Positions 37,098-47,843 of a stretch of 64,000 nt of DNA are shown here, piece after piece (within the stretch, counting starts at the first letter, position 1; each line of letters begins with the position of its first letter). Under the pieces are notes generated by a model. It was not told the DNA's origin. It worked only from the letters and a program-made list of their open reading frames with translations, and did not search any database. The DNA is taken from assembly GCA_002269645.1 (NCBI GenBank), contig NIVC01002936.1, forward strand, positions 1 through 64,000, in the 5' to 3' direction. The translations under genes were made by a program, and so were the position numbers. This DNA is from Macrostomum lignano. Its lineage: Eukaryota.

Positions 37098-38305
37098 ACC
37101 GGCCTGGTCGAGACAACGTGGTGCCGGATGCGCTGAGCCGGGTGGCCGGCACTCGCCTGCAGCCCCCGGTGGGACGGCGGCAACCTGCACAAGCAGCAGT
37201 GGCAGGACATAAAAGAGCCACTGCCGCGCACGACTGACGGCATCGCCTACATCCTGAGCATGTGCGACACCTTTTCCAAGTGAATGGAGACGGCCGCTCT
37301 GTCGGCGATCGACGCAGTCACGGTGGCGGACGCGCTGCTCAGGTCGGTAGTCCTACGGCACGGCGCCCGGTAGGTGCTGCTCTCGGCGACCAAAGGCGGC
37401 AGTTCGAGAGCGACGCGTTCGGACAGCTCTGCGAGCAGCTGGGCGTTGAGAAGACTCGCACGTCGCCGTTTTATCCGAGCGGCAAAGGCGTCGTTGAGCG
37501 CGGCAACAGAACGCTGGGCGACATGCTGGCGACGGTCGTATTGGAGAACCAGCAGGACTGGCATCGGAAGCTGCCGTACGTCACCTGGGCCTACAGCACC
37601 TCCGTGCACAGTATCACCGGTCTCAGCCCATACCAGGTCCTGCACGGCTGGCCGCCAGGGCTGGTCCTCGACAGCTGGCCCTGATGAACAGTGATCAGCA
37701 GGCGAAAGGTTGCGGTACTCACGATTTCTTGCCAGCCATTTCTTGCGCAACTCGGTGGTCAAGCGCGGCCAAACGAGATGCCTCAGCGCCAATTGGAAAG
37801 GGGCCGTAGTACCGGGTCCTGCGGCGCCTCGGTGAGGTCAACTATTGCATCCAGGATGAAGCGGGACGCAGGCGCAAGTTGGTGGTACATCACGACCGTC
37901 TGCGACTCTTCGAAATTCCAAAGGCTGCGGTTGCCAACGCAGCCGACATCGTGGACCTCCCAACCTCGGTCCTCGGGAAGCACGCGATCTCGAGGGCGAT
38001 GCCGGAAACCTCTGGCCTGAACAATAGGCAGACGAGGAGCCCGAGGAGCAACCGGTGGCACCGGCTGAGGCACTTCGTCGGTCAACAAGAGAGCGGCGGC
38101 TGCCGGATTTCTACATGGCGGGTTTTGCGTGACTGAACTGTCTAGGGGGGAAGTAGTGTAATGTATTTGATTGCATGCGTGCTCTGGCGGTGGTGGCACC
38201 AGAGATCATGCATGTCTATGGGTTGTGACAACCACAGTTATTTACAATAAAGGCAGGGCGTATGCAGGCGCAAGTATTTTCCAAGGACGACTTAAGTAGA
38301 AGGAC

Positions 38306-38967
38306 GGGAAACCTCGTTTCTTAGAAAATTTTCGAAGGCAGGTTTTCCCGAAAAAATACACTGCAGAGATAAGATGTTTTCATTTTTTCAGCACAAAAAT
38401 TGTTATTACTTTTGATAGGAGGCAGATCCACTGTTCATCTTTTGATATGTTTTGCCTTGCTTATTGCTCTATCGATATTCATAGAGCTTTTCGTTCAGAA
38501 AATTAGGATTCTACGTTAATTTTTTATTCTACGTACATTTCCCGTACCTAAAAATCATAAAAACGCATGACGCAGCTCGAATCTTTGATTTTATGAATCT
38601 AATTTGTCATCTCTGTTACAAATATTTGTTACACAGTCAGCTGAGAATGATAAAATAGACTCATAAAACCAAAGAGCCGAGCTATGCCATTTCAATGGTT
38701 TTTAAGTACATGACACGTGCAAATGTACGTAGAATAAAAAATTAACACAGAATCCTAATTTTCTGAACGAAAAGCTCTATGAATATCGATAGAGCAATAA
38801 GAAGGGCACAACATATCAAAAGATGAACACTGGATCTGCCTCCTATCAAAAGCAATAGCAATTTTTGTGCTGAAAAAATGAAAACTTCCGATCTCCGTAG
38901 CTATTGTATTTTTTCGGGAAAACCGGCCTTCTACGAGCGTAAAATTTTCTAAGAAACGAGGTTTCCC
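38306..38967. mobile_element. Long inverted repeat (foldback/MITE-like), arms about 275-290 bp, spacer about 100 bp
   Basis: 38306-38579 is the reverse complement of 38678-38967 (e.g. GGGAAACCTCGTTTCTTAGAAAATTTT / AAAATTTTCTAAGAAACGAGGTTTCCC). No clear TSD. Confidence 0.85.
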
Positions 38968-39285
38968 ACCAACCCACGGTCTTATAGCTAGCTGGAACAC
39001 TGTCTGTGAACTGACTAACTTAGTTGTTTTTTGGAATTTCAAGCATTGACTTTGAAGGAAACATTTTATTATTTCGTAAAATAGCTAGCTAATCAAATTA
39101 AGGTTGCTTTGAAAATTTATTTGAAATTATCTTAATCAATTACAAATAAAATTTTAACAGTAAAAATTGTAGCTAAAAAGTTTTTCGAAAGAAAATTCGA
39201 TTTTAATTTCTTCTTTTCTCTAAAATTGGAAATGGAATGTCTAACCAAACAAGAAAACTTTATATTCTTTTTCTAGAAGCAGCAC

Positions 39286-39290
39286 TATAA
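39286..39290 (+). promoter_or_regulatory. Putative TATA box, WSC copy 1
   Basis: TATAA about 95 nt upstream of the ATG, at the homologous position to TATAAA at 45153. Confidence 0.45.
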
Positions 39291-39674
39291 GTAATGGAGC
39301 AGCAAGAAGCTCTCGACATGTGCTCCAGTCCCGATCTTAATTTCATTTTCAATACTCGTAATACAAAACAGATCTGAACTTGAAATGAGAGCAGCTTCGG
39401 TTCTGATAGTTGTCAGTCTGATTGGCTTTGCTGATCATTGTGCAGGTAAGGCTGTGCTTTTCTGCTTGAGTTCTCACTACTTACATGTAGTATAGTATAG
39501 TACTTTTATGTATCAGAACTCACATGGATAAAGTAGCATGGCCGATTGCGATACAAATTTAATTAATGTAGAAAAATTCTTGTATGGTCACATAGTCAAA
39601 CATGTTTGTTTCTTATAAATAAATTATGTTTAAAGCAGAAAGCACCAGCCCTCTGAAAGTATCTCATTTAGTCA

Positions 39675-40158
39675 TGGCATTTCAGCAACTCTCCACTGAG
39701 CCATGACATCTCAGCAATGATCCCCACTGAGCCATGACATCTCAGCAACTCCCCACTGAGCCATGACATCTCAGCAACTCCCCCCTGAGCCATGACATCT
39801 CAGCAATGATCCCCACTGAGCCATGACATCTCAGCAACTCCCCCCTGAGCCATGACATCTCAGCAATGATCCCCACTGAGCCATGACATCTCAGCAATGA
39901 TCCCCACTGAGCCATGACATCTCAGCAATGATCCCCACTGAGCCATCACATCTCAGCAATGATCCCCACTGAGCCATGACATCTCAGCAACTCCCCACTG
40001 AGCCATGACATCTCAGCAACTCCCCCCTGAGCCATGACATCTCAGCAATGATCCCCACTGAGCCATGACATCTCAGCAACTCCCCACTGAGCCATGACAT
40101 CTCAGCAATGATCCCCACTGAGCCATGACATCTCAGCAATGATCCCCACTGAGTCATG
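39675..40158. repeat. 29/31-bp array GAGCCATGACATCTCAGCAA(C/TGA)TCCCCACT
   Basis: Directly visible; homologous to the array at 45650-46015. Confidence 0.92.
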
Positions 40159-40159
40159 G

Positions 40160-42350
40160 TTTGACTTAACTGACTTAGCTGCAGGGTGGTCCGCAGACAC
40201 AGCGGGGAGGCAAGGGTCGCCCATCCCGCTAGCCCCTGAAGGCCCGCAGACAGGCAGAGGCGGTGTGGGACGGTCAGGGTGGTCCCCCGGTCCGTCCTGC
40301 AGCGTGATCTTCCGTGGGGAAGAAACTGGCTCGTCTTGTCGCCCGAAGGAACTGGATGAGCCGTGGGATGCTGTCGGGCTGGCAGACCTCGTCAATAGAC
40401 GGATTTGGCCCGAGGTAGCGTAGCGGGTCTCTGGTAAAGAAAGGGCAGTGACAAACAAAGTGCTGAGTATTTTAATTGTTGTACTCGCGAAAAAGGGCAA
40501 AGTTCACTCTCGAGGTCGCCTCGGAGGAAGAAGTGCCTTGGCGAGGTCCAACACGAAAAATCACGTGACTTTACGATCTCAGGAACCATGTCACAAGATA
40601 AGGTTAGAGATCGCCGCCGTGGTAGACTCTCCGGAGTATTCTTATCTTAGAAAATAAGAGCTATATTAAATTTCTTTGATTTGATACATCGTACATCCCA
40701 CACGCTCTGTGAGGGCTAAATTTAGGATTGGTCAGACTTGTGCGTAATATGAGAAGTGAAATTGAAAATATGATGAGCAATTGTCAGTTTTCTTACTTTA
40801 TACTTGTCGAATGGCTACTTTGATCAAATATTCTTCTACATATACGAGCTATGTACTGTGTTGTGATCTTCGCGAAAGTTCGATGCATTATGAATTATAT
40901 TTATTTCTAGAAATTTCCCCTCTAGAGTACAAAATAAAATCTTGAAAGGTCTCTTACAGTAACAAATTTCAATACTCGCATTTATAAATATTCAGTGTAT
41001 AATTTATTACAGTAAGGCAGTACTGCAATCAATTCAAATCTAATTGGAATCAATAATTGTTATTAGTTTTTTTATAATGTTCAGAATGTTCTAGAAGTTT
41101 CCGGCAATGCTCCTGATGGCTATAAATAAACGGTGCCAACCGCGGATAATCTTTACTTCTCCTTCTTACTCCGCTGTCTTTTAACCAAATAAAATTAGAA
41201 CCACCGCCTAGCTCCTATCCCTTTAGTTAATTTACATTAAATCCTTACAACTGGTCCGGCGAGGCGCCGTCAGCATCTTGAATCGAGAGGCACAGAACCG
41301 CGGCACGAGATATCCGGCAGCTTTGGATGCCCGCCCATCTGTCCCTGTGGAGGGAGTCAGCCCAGTCATCGATCTGACGATTGATGACCGCTCGAAGGGA
41401 TAGGGACCAGGGGAACAGTGCCAGAGAAAGAGCCAGAGCCGCCCCTCTTGGCGAGGGTGTCTGCCAGCTGGTTTCCCGGAAACCCTGCGTGCCCTGGGAT
41501 CCACTTCAGCCTGACAGTACTGCTACTAGCCAGGAGGTTGAGCTGCCGGACGCAGTCGGCGGCTGTCCGGGAGTTTGTGGTGGTGTCGCAAAGGGCCTGT
41601 AAGGCCGGTTGGCTATTAGAGTGGATGACAATACCCTTGGCATTCAGCTCTGCAATGACGCGACAGTTGATGATGCAGACCATGGCCGTCTTTGTCGGAT
41701 TTATCGTTGTAGCAGTGGAGCTCCTTTGCCTCGGTCCATGCCTGTGGGACGTGCACCAAGCGTGATGCACTCCTGAAAAAGGCTGCAAAGTTTACGCAGG
41801 AAGCCTGGGCATTTGACCGCCTAGCTCTTAGGAGCGCAGGTAAAATGCCGTCGGGTCCAGGGGCTTTCAACGGTTTGAAGGAGATAGCCGCTCTCACGAT
41901 GCGGTCCTCCGTGATGATAGAGGCAGCCAGCGCGTGGCCTCCCTCCGAGTGATCCGGAGTGGTCGGGTTAGCTGGCTCGTAGGGGAAAAACACAGTGAGC
42001 ATTAATATCAACGTTTCCCTGGGTTGTCCGTGGACGTACCGTCGGTGCGTTTGACCGAGGAAAGCTTAGACATTTTGTCCAGCGTAAGCGCTTTCACAAT
42101 TCTGGAGGTGGGGCGTGAGCCCTCTAGCTCCTCGCAGTATTGACGCCATTTCTGAGCTTTTGCATTCCCAACCTGCCTTTTAAACTCGTGGATTGCTTCA
42201 TGAGCGGCGGTTTGGTCCACTGGGCTCTTAGTTTAGTTGCTCTGCGGCGGTGGAGTCTCTTAGCTCTGCGAAGGAGGTTGCCGAGCTCGGGATTCCACCA
42301 CGGCGCGGATTTTTTCCCTTTATAGGCTTTTATAGGGTAGGATAGCGTTT
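40160..42350 (-). mobile_element. Internally deleted RNase H-type LINE (copy A) in WSC copy 1 intron
   Basis: Minus strand: APWWNPEL, KWRQYCEEL, KAPGPDGI, then a jump to RNase H (SNSQPAL, WIPGHAGFPGNQLADTLAK). 3' part 40160-40468 encodes HFVCHCP..RYLGPNPSIDEVC..FLRATRR; tail CTAAGTCAGTTAAGTCAAA. The RT core is deleted and an unrelated segment at about 40470-41240 interrupts it. Confidence 0.88.
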
Positions 42351-42530
42351 CTGAGCCATGACATCTCAAAAATTCCCTAGTGAGACATGGCATCTCAGCA
42401 ACTCCCCATTGAGCCCATTGACATTTAAGAAACCCCCTTGAGCTTTGGCAACGCAACGATACCACACCCCATTGAGCCATTACATGCACTGTGTAGTGCT
42501 CTGCGCAATCGTCACTGCACAACGTCACCA

Positions 42531-44578
42531 ACACGTTGAGAAGTTTGATACAGTCGAGGACTGTAGCAGAGTTGGTGCTGCAGCCACTGATGGCGTGCAA
42601 GGCAGCTTGGCTGTCCGAATGGAAAATGATGTTCTTGCCAATAACGCCAGTGGCGAGAAGCTCTGCAGTGCAGGAGCTGATTGCCAGAACTTCATTTTGG
42701 AAAACACTGGAGTTGACCCCAGTGTATTGAGCGTGGGTAGCGATGACCCTCCCGTTCAGAAAGATTCCAACACCAAAGCCGGTGTTGGCTGACTGCTTAG
42801 AACCGTCGGTGTAGCAATGAAGCTCACCAAGGTTCCATTGGTCATTGATGTTATCGCGCGAGTCGATAGCTACGGAGTAGCGCTGTCTCAGGTTGAGCGT
42901 TGAGGCAATGCCATCGGTGAAGACGCGATTGGCCTGACACTCGTTGAGAAAGTTGAGGCACAGGTCGCTATGCGGGACAAGGTTCCGCTTAGCAGGTGCT
43001 CTCATGTAAATGAATTTGACGCCGGCATCAATTAGACGCCGCGTCGTTCTAGCCGCCTCACCCCTGACGAAGAGGTCAAGAGGCGGTAGATTAAGGAAGG
43101 CCCCCATGCCAGCAAAGGGCGTGGACCTGGTGGCGTTGCAGATGAGCCTACACGCTCTGCCTTGGATCGTGTTGAGCAGGTCTGCATGGCTTTTGATCTG
43201 GGTAGCGCTAACCCAGACAACAGAGGCGTACGTAATGGCAGGTCTAACTACGGAAGTATAGATCCACCAAAGCCGCTTTGGGATAGACCCCAAGAAGTGC
43301 CAAGTGCTCGTCGGAGCTGGGCCAGGATGGCTGAGGCACGCTTGGCTTTTGCTTTCACGTGGAAGGACAAGTTAAGCCGGTGGTCAAGTATGACCCCGAG
43401 ACATCTGGTCTGGTGCGCGAAGGCAATATCTCTGCCGTAGAGCTGCAGAGGACGTATGTTCCAGCGTAGTCTGCTGGTAAACATAATGACAACGGTTTTG
43501 GGCTCAGAGAGTTCCAGACCATTGTCATTGGCCCAGGATTCTGCTTTGCAGATAAAGCTCTGCATCAGATCCCTGAGCGTGCTGGGAGACGGTCCTGCCA
43601 CAATGGCCGTGACGTCATCAGCATACCCGACTTTGAAGACGGGGTCGGGTCGGGAGTCACTCAGAAGAGCGTCCATGACCAGGTTCCAGAGCGTCGGGGT
43701 GAGGACTCCGCCTTGGGGTCCACCCTTACAGACTCTGGTGGAGGCAGTTTGCCCAAGAAGTTGGGCAGTGACCGTACGGTTGGAGATCATGTACATGATC
43801 CACCGTATGAGGGTAGCATGAGCTTTGCGATTTTGAAGGGCCCTCTGAAACGCTTCAAAGATAACGTTGTCGAAGGCGCCAACAATGTCAAGAAAGAGAG
43901 CCAGAGCGTAACCGTCACCCAGTACCGCCCTTTCAATCTTCTCGACAATCGCATGCAGGGCGCTGTCAGTCGACCTCCCGGTACGGAAGGCGTGCTGATT
44001 ATTGCTGAGGGGCATCGTTGTCAGCTCGCAGGAGAGCAGCCGCCAGAGAATAAGCCTCTCAGTGAGCTTAAGCATTGCTGACGTTAAGCTAATTGGCCGG
44101 AAGGCCTTGACGCTTTGGTAGTCACCCTTCCCAGGTTTGGGAATAAAGACTACCCGAGCTTCAGTCCAGTATTTGGGAACGTATCCCAGCTGGATAGAGG
44201 CCCGCATAAGATTGCGGGTGAGTCTCAGGAACGAGGGTATCTTGGCTGCTTCACGAAGGAGAACAGGGTAGATACCATCAGGTCCATGAGATTTGAAGGG
44301 TTTGAAGGTTCTGACCGCACGAGCGATTAGGTCTTCAGTGACAATGCCCGCCGCTAGGGTGGCTCCATCCATCGAATGGTTGGGCTCCGGTCTAGCAGTA
44401 GGTACCCTCGGGAAGAATGTGCTGAGCATATGCTGAAGCACTTCTTCAGGGTCTTTAGTAAGAGAGCCATCATCTTTTTTGATCATGGCTAATTTGGACA
44501 TTTTGTCCATTGTAAGGGCCTTGACAAGCCTAGAAGTAGGTCTGTCTTGATCCAATTCATTGCAGAATTGGCGCCCAG
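42531..44578 (-). mobile_element. RNase H-type LINE (copy B): RT and RNase H, both ends truncated
   Basis: ORF 43248-44594: KSHGPDGI, FRPISLTS, QHAFRTGRST, LDIVGAFD, GPQGGVLTPTLWNL, YADD, LGVILD. After a frameshift: WIYTSVVRPAITYASVVW, YTDGS, SVFQNE, SDSQAAL. Confidence 0.95.
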
Positions 44579-44579
44579 T

Positions 44580-44915
44580 GAATCCCCAGGGCATGCTGTC
44601 TGTGAATCCCCCGGGAATGCTGTCAGTGAATCCTCAGGGAATGCTGTCAGTGAATCCTCAGGGAATGTTGTCAGTGAATCCCCAGGGAATGCTGTCAGTG
44701 AATCCTCAGAGAATGCTGTCAGTGAATCCTCAGGGAATGCTGTCAGTGAATCCTCAGGGAATGCTGTCAGTGAATCCTCAGGGAATGCTGTCAGTGAATC
44801 CTCAGGGAATGCTGTCAGTGAATCCCCAGGGAATGCTGTCAGTGAATCCCCAGGGAATGCTGTCAGTGAATCCTCAGGGAATGCTGTCAGTGAATCCTCA
44901 GGGAATGCTGTCATT
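44580..44915. repeat. 24-bp array ATGCTGTCAGTGAATCCTCAGGGA
   Basis: About 14 copies abutting the truncated 5' end of LINE copy B. Confidence 0.93.
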
Positions 44916-45152
44916 TTCATGAAACATTTTCAATAAAGTGACTAAGTTAAGTTTTTAAAGAATTTCAAGAATTGACTTTAAAAAAGAAAACATTTTTATT
45001 TTTAAAATATACAGTTAATCAATAGGTTGTGTTTTGAAAGTCGATTCAACATTTTTTTAAAATTGTGGCTAAAAAGTTTTCTTCGCATTCCGACTCGAAA
45101 TGGAATGTTTTACCGACCAGAAAACTCTGCATTCCTATTATTAAAGCAGTGC

Positions 45153-45158
45153 TATAAA
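45153..45158 (+). promoter_or_regulatory. Putative TATA box, WSC copy 2
   Basis: TATAAA about 90 nt upstream of the ATG; position conserved in both paralogs. Confidence 0.5.
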
Positions 45159-45243
45159 CAACAGAACAGCTAAAAACTGTCAGGAAGTGATCGAATGCAG
45201 ATATTTTTCGTTTTTAATATTACAAAATAGAGCTCGACTCGAA

Positions 45244-47364
45244 ATGAGAGCAGCTTTGGCTCTGATAATTGTCAGTCTGATTGGCTATGCTGATCATTGC
45301 GCAGGTAAGGCTGTGCTTTTCTGCTTGTGTTCTATACTACTTACATGCAGTACAGTATAGTACTTTTATATATCAGAACTCACATGTGGATAAGCAGCGT
45401 GCATGATTGCGCCATATCATGATACAAGATGCTTTATTTATAAAGGCATTTCATTTATGAGTATTATTGAACTACTGCGAAGAAATGAATTTGAATCTGC
45501 AAATAGAAAAGTTATTATATACATGTATAATTTGTTTGTTTGTTTGTTATAAAAACATGATCTTTCGACTAAAGCAGAAAGCATCGGCCCTCTGTAAGCC
45601 ATCTATCTAAACCATCTATCTATGAGCCTTAGCATCTCTGCAATTCCTCTTGAGCCATGGCATCTCAGCAACTCCCCCAGTAAGCCATGGCATCTCAGCA
45701 ACTCCCCCAGTGAGCCATGGCATCTCAGCACCTCCCTCAGTAAGCCATGGCATCTCAGCACCTCCCCCAGTAAGCCATGGCATCTCAGCAACTCCCCCAG
45801 TAAGCCATGGCATCTCAGCACCTCCCTCAGTAAGCCATGGCATCTCAGCACCTCCCTCAGTAAGCCATGGCATCTCAGCACCTCCCTCAGTAAGCCATGG
45901 CATCTCAGCAACTCCCCATTGAGCCAAATGGCATCTCAGCAACTCCCCCAGAAAGCCATGGCATCTCAGCAACTCCAAATTGAGCCAATTGGCATCTCAG
46001 CAACTCCCCATTGAGCATTAACAACGCAGCGATACCGCACCCCAGTGAACCATTACATGCACTGTGCAGTTCTCTGCGCAATCGTCACTGCACAACGTCA
46101 CCATCTCGATAATGCATTACATTGCAGCTTTAAAGCGACTCGGCTGCTTCATGGACCAGTCAAGTCTGCGGGACCTACCGTATGCGCGCTACTTTGGCAA
46201 CGACAACACGCCAGGCTCCTGTGTGGCCCGTTGCAAGTCTAAAGGCTACCCGTTTGCAGCTGTTGTCAATGGCGATGATTGCAGTTGTGGCCATTCGTTT
46301 GGGCGCTACGGCAGGGCACAGGATGTTGAGTGCGAGGCATACCGGTGTACCGGTGATTCCAAACAGTTTTGCGGTGGATATTGGAGGAACGACGTGTATT
46401 TGACGGGATTAAGTGGTAAAGTCGCATATAACTCTGCCTATAGGCTTGAAGCACAAGTGTGAATGCATAGTGTGCTATTGCTAATGAATAAATTTCGCTT
46501 AATTTTCCAATACTTGCAGTGCTTAGACAGCTGGGCTGCTACAAAGACACCGGAGACAATCGGGATCTGCCAGTTTTAGGAGAGCGAAAGAACAACTCGC
46601 CAGAAAATTGTGTAAAAGAGTGCTAAGACAGAGGATACCTGTATGCTGGTGTGCAAGCAAAGTACTGGTGTCTTTGTGGCAATAGATATGGAACTCACGG
46701 CAAAGTGGATAGCTCCGAGTGTAATCAAATGTGCACTGGAGACAGCAGGAAGACCTGCGGCTCTGATTGGCGAAACGAGATATTCGCCACGGGGCTGGAC
46801 AGTAAGGCTTTTTATTTATTTGTTGACAGCACGCAATAAATTAACATGACATTAATGTGTAATGACGGCAAATACCTGACATTTTACAGCCCCGGGATAC
46901 GTGGGCTGTTTCATGGACAGGGGCAGCCCTCACCGGGATCTTCTACATTTAAAAAAAAGTTATGGCATCACGCCAAGAAAATGTGCATTGTACTGCAAAT
47001 CCAAGAACTACCGGTATGCCGGTGTGCAAGCAGGGAATGAGTGCCACTGCGGCAATTCATTTGGTCAACACGGCAAAGTGCCTGACGTTGAATGCAACTA
47101 TCGTTGCATCGGGGACAATCGGCAGAATTGCGGGTCCGGCTGGAGGAACCAAATTTACTCAACTGATGAGTACTGTAAGTATAATTTTGCTATCTGATAA
47201 TATCGTTTCTACCCGCCTTTGCAAAGCTTTCATAAATTGTCCCAAACTAGCGCAACATACACAACGAAAGAGCAACGTCAGACATGTACACTCTGTATCC
47301 TGGATTAAAACTCATTTTTATCGAGTGATGATGCAGCGGAAAATAAAACTTTACCATTTCAGAA
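45244..47364 (+). CDS. Secreted protein with three WSC domains; in-frame TAA in WSC2 (possible null allele or pseudogene)
   Basis: Exons 45244-45304 (signal peptide), 46128-46415, 46520-46801 and 46890-47174, each encoding GC(F/Y)xD..RDL..C..C...Y..A.....C.CG......C..C.GD....CG..W.N..(Y/F). All introns are phase 1. TAA at 46624-46626. The terminal junction (T|AA at 47363) is tentative. Confidence 0.85.
45650..46015. repeat. 30-bp array AAGCCATGGCATCTCAGCA(A/C)CTCCC(C/T)CAGT
   Basis: Directly visible in WSC intron 1. Confidence 0.92.
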
Positions 47365-47843
47365 ACCTGAAGAAAACGGACTGAATTAACTGAAACCGTG
47401 ATAAACTGATATATACGATGCTTTATGACGACATTTGAATCAGCCTGCTGGCCTAAATAGATCAATCAAATAAATCCGCATCAAAAAACGCATTGTTCGA
47501 ATTCTTTTTTGGTTACCTTGGCAACTAACTGAATGCGTTTACTTTTGAACTAGGAGCAACAGAACTTGACAGATCACCATTTTCACTATTGACAATCTTC
47601 ATTTCAATAGTGACAATAAGCATTCAATTTTCACAATGAGCGATAATTAATCACTATAAATCGCTTTTTGTCTTTTTGTGGAAGAAGCTGAACGTTTTCA
47701 CTAAAATTTTTTACATTGTACATTCATTATACATTTAGGATGCTTAATGTGTATGCAATGGAAATAGATTTTCCTACACAGACTGCGCTTTGTTGTACAC
47801 AGATCCAGACCAAAGACAAACTCCAATAGTTATGTGAAGTCAG

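Larger units (their letters stand above)
33493..38258 (+). mobile_element. Degenerate Ty3/gypsy LTR retrotransposon (gag-PR-RT-RH-IN) with nested insertions
   Basis: 5' LTR 33493-33647 (TGTAA..TTACA); PBS-like TGGTGACAGCGG at 33649; gag start MVKSEQ..WLSNFEDFA..W; zinc knuckles SCGEPGHIARRC and CSRCSGKGHTVAVC; protease LLDTGAQ and ILGIDF; RT YPLP..FGMCDAPATFQR..YIDD (35600-36057); RNase H VYSDH and NVVPDALSR; integrase QFES..GVVERGNRTL; PPT AGGGGGGAAGTAG; 3' LTR from 38157 matching for only about 100 bp. Many stops and frameshifts. Confidence 0.95.
39385..42530 (+). pseudogene. Truncated paralog of the WSC gene: signal-peptide exon plus intron 1 only
   Basis: Exon 39385-39445 encodes MRAASVLIVVSLIGFADHCA G|GT, versus 45244-45304 in copy 2. 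The upstream region and intron 1 are homologous. Homology ends at 42530, 24 nt before the position of exon 2. Confidence 0.85.

Noticed and set aside
33488-38265. TSD for the gypsy element
   Set aside because: The 3' LTR is incomplete, so no right-hand flank can be compared.
46624-46626. TAA reassigned by a flatworm genetic code
   Set aside because: The known flatworm variant codes are mitochondrial. TAA is the normal terminator of USP34 in this window.
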